The notes beneath the pieces were generated by a model. It saw only the letters and a program-made list of their open reading frames with translations, was not told where the DNA came from and made no database searches. A stretch of 63,966 nucleotides of DNA, filler included. It is 8 parts of 8 records of this genome, joined end to end, with 100 filler letters (N's around TTAATTAATTAA, not from the genome) between each part and the next. Parts side by side here need not be neighbours in the genome. Positions count along the whole stretch, not along the records: positions 54,037 to 63,966 come from SRR31156797_10502; 7 more parts are not named here. One strand, given 5' to 3'. The stretch's first letter is position 1; every line of letters begins with the position of its first letter. Below, one piece after another: positions 61,379 through 63,966 of this stretch. The position numbers were made by a program, and so were the translations under genes.

Positions 61379-62095
61379 TTATGGATTTGTTTTTGAATTA
61401 AGAATAGCGGGAACGATGAACAAATTACATATATTGATAGTTACATGCGTAATTGCAGCCAGATAAATACTCCCTCCCAGTGCAATAATGACACAAAGCA
61501 AAACGGAGATCATATATATCCAGACAGTTGACCAAAAACCTTGAACTCCCGCATGAAGCAAACTGAAAAAAGCGGATAGGATCAATGCCGCCCAGATCCA
61601 ATGCGACCACAAGGGTATAATTGCAATTAGTATGAATCCTCTGAACATGATCTCTTCCTGAATAGAGCCCAAAACAGATATTCCCAATGCCCATCTTTTT
61701 TGTCCGGAAGTGACCGGAAGCAAATGATCGGTACGGTGCAACCACTCTCTTAGATCTTCACGGGCAACAAGAGCTACAAGCACATCCAGTAAAGATGTCG
61801 CTACAACGGCAGCTATACCCAGTATAATACCCAGTATAATATCTTTTAATAAAGTAGCTGTTACAAATAATCCGTGAAGAGCGCTCAACCAGCTCTCCAA
61901 ACCGGGATGTGTGCCGGGATGTCGATTAATTGCTAACGATATAAATACATACACGATCAGCAGGATCCCGAACATGATCGCTTGTTGTACCATTCCCAAG
62001 GAATTCCATAGCATATCGGGGCTGATATTCTTTTGTTTGTTTTTATTAGGTTCTTCAGTCAATATATTTAATACCTTTTCCGGCTTTTGAAACAT
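61379..62095 (-). CDS. CPBP (Abi/CAAX) intramembrane metalloprotease
   Basis: EEIMFRG, FSLLH, THVTIN. Confidence 0.88.
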   Translation of the reverse strand: MFQKPEKVLNILTEEPNKNKQKNISPDMLWNSLGMVQQAIMFGILLIVYVFISLAINRHPGTHPGLESWLSALHGLFVTATLLKDIILGIILGIAAVVATSLLDVLVALVAREDLREWLHRTDHLLPVTSGQKRWALGISVLGSIQEEIMFRGFILIAIIPLWSHWIWAALILSAFFSLLHAGVQGFWSTVWIYMISVLLCVIIALGGSIYLAAITHVTINICNLFIVPAILNSKTNP

Positions 62096-62213
62096 GCTAA
62101 TTATTCTTTATAAAATACCGCCATAGATTTTTCGAACCAAAATACATCCTAACTATTCTAAAACTGCTTGATGAATATCTTTAAGAAAAACGAACGTTGA
62201 AGTGAAAATTTCA

Positions 62214-62675
62214 TTATGCGTTTGTTATATGGTCATAAAGAAATGTCAAAGCCTCCAGATAGCTTTCTTCTTTTTTACCATAAAACTGTTTCAGGCAAAC
62301 GTCCTTTGTAAGTGATATTTTCCTGAAATCTTCCCTTTCATAAATATTGGAAAGATGGACTTCTACTACGGGTATGGTCAGTAATTCGATGGCATCCCGA
62401 ATTGCATAACTGTAATGAGTGTATGCTGCCGGATTGATCAAGACAGCATCATAAGTTTTTCTGGAACGATGCAAGGTTTTGATGATCTTTTCTTCTGAAT
62501 TGAACTGAAATATACTGATCTCACAAGCCAGTTCACCAGCTTTATGACGAATTTTTTTATTTAATTTATCTAATGTGAGATTACCGTACTGCTTTTTATC
62601 GCGATGCCCCAGCATATTCAGGTTCGGACCATGGATAACACATATTTTGATCTTTTTTATATCATCAGCTTTCAT
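62214..62675 (-). CDS. aroQ: Type II 3-dehydroquinate dehydratase
   Basis: HGPNLNMLG.R, INPAAYTHYS, EVHLSNIYERE.FR. Confidence 0.96.
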   Translation of the reverse strand: MKADDIKKIKICVIHGPNLNMLGHRDKKQYGNLTLDKLNKKIRHKAGELACEISIFQFNSEEKIIKTLHRSRKTYDAVLINPAAYTHYSYAIRDAIELLTIPVVEVHLSNIYEREDFRKISLTKDVCLKQFYGKKEESYLEALTFLYDHITNA

Positions 62676-63787
62676 TTATTATCCCCCTTACTTACTGTTT
62701 CTTTTAACCAAACAAGGGATCCCTTGATATCTTCAATAGAGATATCATTTACGATCACAGGAGAACCGATCTCTTTTAACAAGACAAAATTCACTTTAGC
62801 GTCTCTGACCTTTTTATCACGTTTGATTGCTCTAATAGCAGTATCTACGTTCAAACCATTGATCTTTTTGCCTAATTTAATGCTCAATAATTTATTGATA
62901 GCCCAGTCAGCTCTTTGAGGATCAAGTCCGCTAAGCTTAACACTAAGATCCAGTGCCGCGATCATACCAAGTATAACCGCTTCCCCATGAAGGAATTTTC
63001 CGAAACCACAGCTTTTTTCTATGGCATGTCCAACCGTATGTCCGAAATTCAACAGCATTCTTAATCCGGATTCTTTTTCATCCTGAGCAACGATCTCCGC
63101 CTTGATCTCTACAGATCTTTGGATTATAGAAGAGATAAGCTCAATATTTTTCAATTCAAGAATATCTGTTTTAGAGTTTAAACACTGTTCCAAAAATGGG
63201 AGATCATGAATAAAGCCATATTTCAGTATTTCTCCATAACCGCAAACAAGCTCACGAGGATCAAGTGTTTTAAGAACCGTTGGATCGATCAATACTGTTT
63301 TAGGCTGGTAAAAAGCTCCAATCAAATTCTTACCGGCATAGTGATTAACACCGACTTTCCCACCTACAGAAGAATCTACCTGTGATAAAAGGGTTGTTGG
63401 GATCTGGACAAAGGGAATACCGCGATACAAGCTTGAAGCTATAAATCCTGTAATATCACCTACGATACCGCCACCCAATGCAATAATAAGAGATGAACGA
63501 TCGAATTCATCCTCGATCAAACGATCATACATATCGGAAACCGTATTTAATTCTTTGCTGGGTTCGCCACTGGGAAGCACATATGATTCTACATTATATC
63601 CACTTGTTTTTAATGACCTTAGAACTCGCTCTAAATATATTTTTTTTACAGTTTTTGATGTAAGAACGGCAACTTTAGTTCCGATTTTTGCATAGGGAGC
63701 AATTCCTTCCCCAACACCCATCAAAAGATGCTGATCGATCAGAATATCGTAGGCTCTTTCAGCGATGTCGACATTTATTTTTCTCAT
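62672..63787 (-). CDS. aroB: 3-dehydroquinate synthase
   Basis: ALGGGIVGD, PTTLLSQVDSSVGGK, LNFGHT.GHAIE, HGEAV. Confidence 0.97.
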   Translation of the reverse strand: MRKINVDIAERAYDILIDQHLLMGVGEGIAPYAKIGTKVAVLTSKTVKKIYLERVLRSLKTSGYNVESYVLPSGEPSKELNTVSDMYDRLIEDEFDRSSLIIALGGGIVGDITGFIASSLYRGIPFVQIPTTLLSQVDSSVGGKVGVNHYAGKNLIGAFYQPKTVLIDPTVLKTLDPRELVCGYGEILKYGFIHDLPFLEQCLNSKTDILELKNIELISSIIQRSVEIKAEIVAQDEKESGLRMLLNFGHTVGHAIEKSCGFGKFLHGEAVILGMIAALDLSVKLSGLDPQRADWAINKLLSIKLGKKINGLNVDTAIRAIKRDKKVRDAKVNFVLLKEIGSPVIVNDISIEDIKGSLVWLKETVSKGDNK

Positions 63788-63966
63788 TTTATCATGCTCT
63801 TGATCTTTAGCGCAGCTTCTTTGGGTGTAAATCTATCTGTATTTATGATCATATCGGCTTTATTGTAAATATGGGTGCGACCATTTAATATATTTATTAT
63901 ATGTTCAACCCTGATCGGTTTGGGAAGCAAGGGTCTGTCTTCATTTTTAATTCTCTCAAGGATCAC
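63784..63966 (-). CDS. aroK: Shikimate kinase (C-terminal fragment)
   Basis: ILERI...DRPLL...R..IY..AD.II.TD; overlaps the aroB start. Confidence 0.8.
   Translation of the reverse strand: MILERIKNEDRPLLPKPIRVEHIINILNGRTHIYNKADMIINTDRFTPKEAALKIKSMIK

Noticed and set aside
60-62918. Many 60-150 aa ORFs in the track overlapping confident genes (e.g. 906-1175, 7787-8053, 12487-12873, 37012-37476, 49780-50127)
   Set aside because: Antisense or off-frame shadows with no recognisable motifs

Overview
This window is not one locus. It joins eight unrelated contigs, separated by 100-nt N spacers that carry the six-frame stop linker TTAATTAATTAA, which points to an anoxic-habitat metagenome. All taxonomic labels are my inference from protein similarity, not database results. 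(1) 1-6486: low-GC, Fusobacteriota-like accessory DNA with satP, an HTH-TPR regulator, SemiSWEET, a tRNA methyltransferase and unannotated small ORFs. (2) 6587-11825: Fusobacteriota-like S10/spc ribosomal protein operon. (3) 11926-19578: Desulfobacteraceae-like, with a Leu/Ile/Val leader peptide, a recombinase-derived TOBE regulator and its operator, a TauE/SafE gene, a decayed yefM-yoeB, three attC-like sites, and a REC-REC-DUF4388 / MshEN / FlhG-like operon. (4) 19679-25190: Bacteroidota-like cluster of beta-propellers with a NapGH-like Fe-S module. (5) 25291-30575: nifK-E-N-B-X-like-ferredoxin. (6) 30676-48615: Methanosarcinaceae-like archaeon with a biotin ECF transporter, thermosome, bacterial-type asd and an octaheme cytochrome carrying a PGF-CTERM anchor. 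(7) 48716-53936: Campylobacterota-like valS, pspA-yqiJ-flotillin and a UvrD/Rep helicase. (8) 54037-63966: bacterium with CapA, DUF819, a C5-epimerase, a four-helix-bundle gene inside inverted repeats, and aroK-B-Q. The best candidates for undescribed biology are the propeller/Fe-S redox cluster, the surface-anchored octaheme cytochrome in a methanogen, the integrase-less attC cluster, the MshEN/PATAN/MinD module and the repeat-flanked four-helix-bundle gene. I recognised no rRNA, tRNA or CRISPR array.
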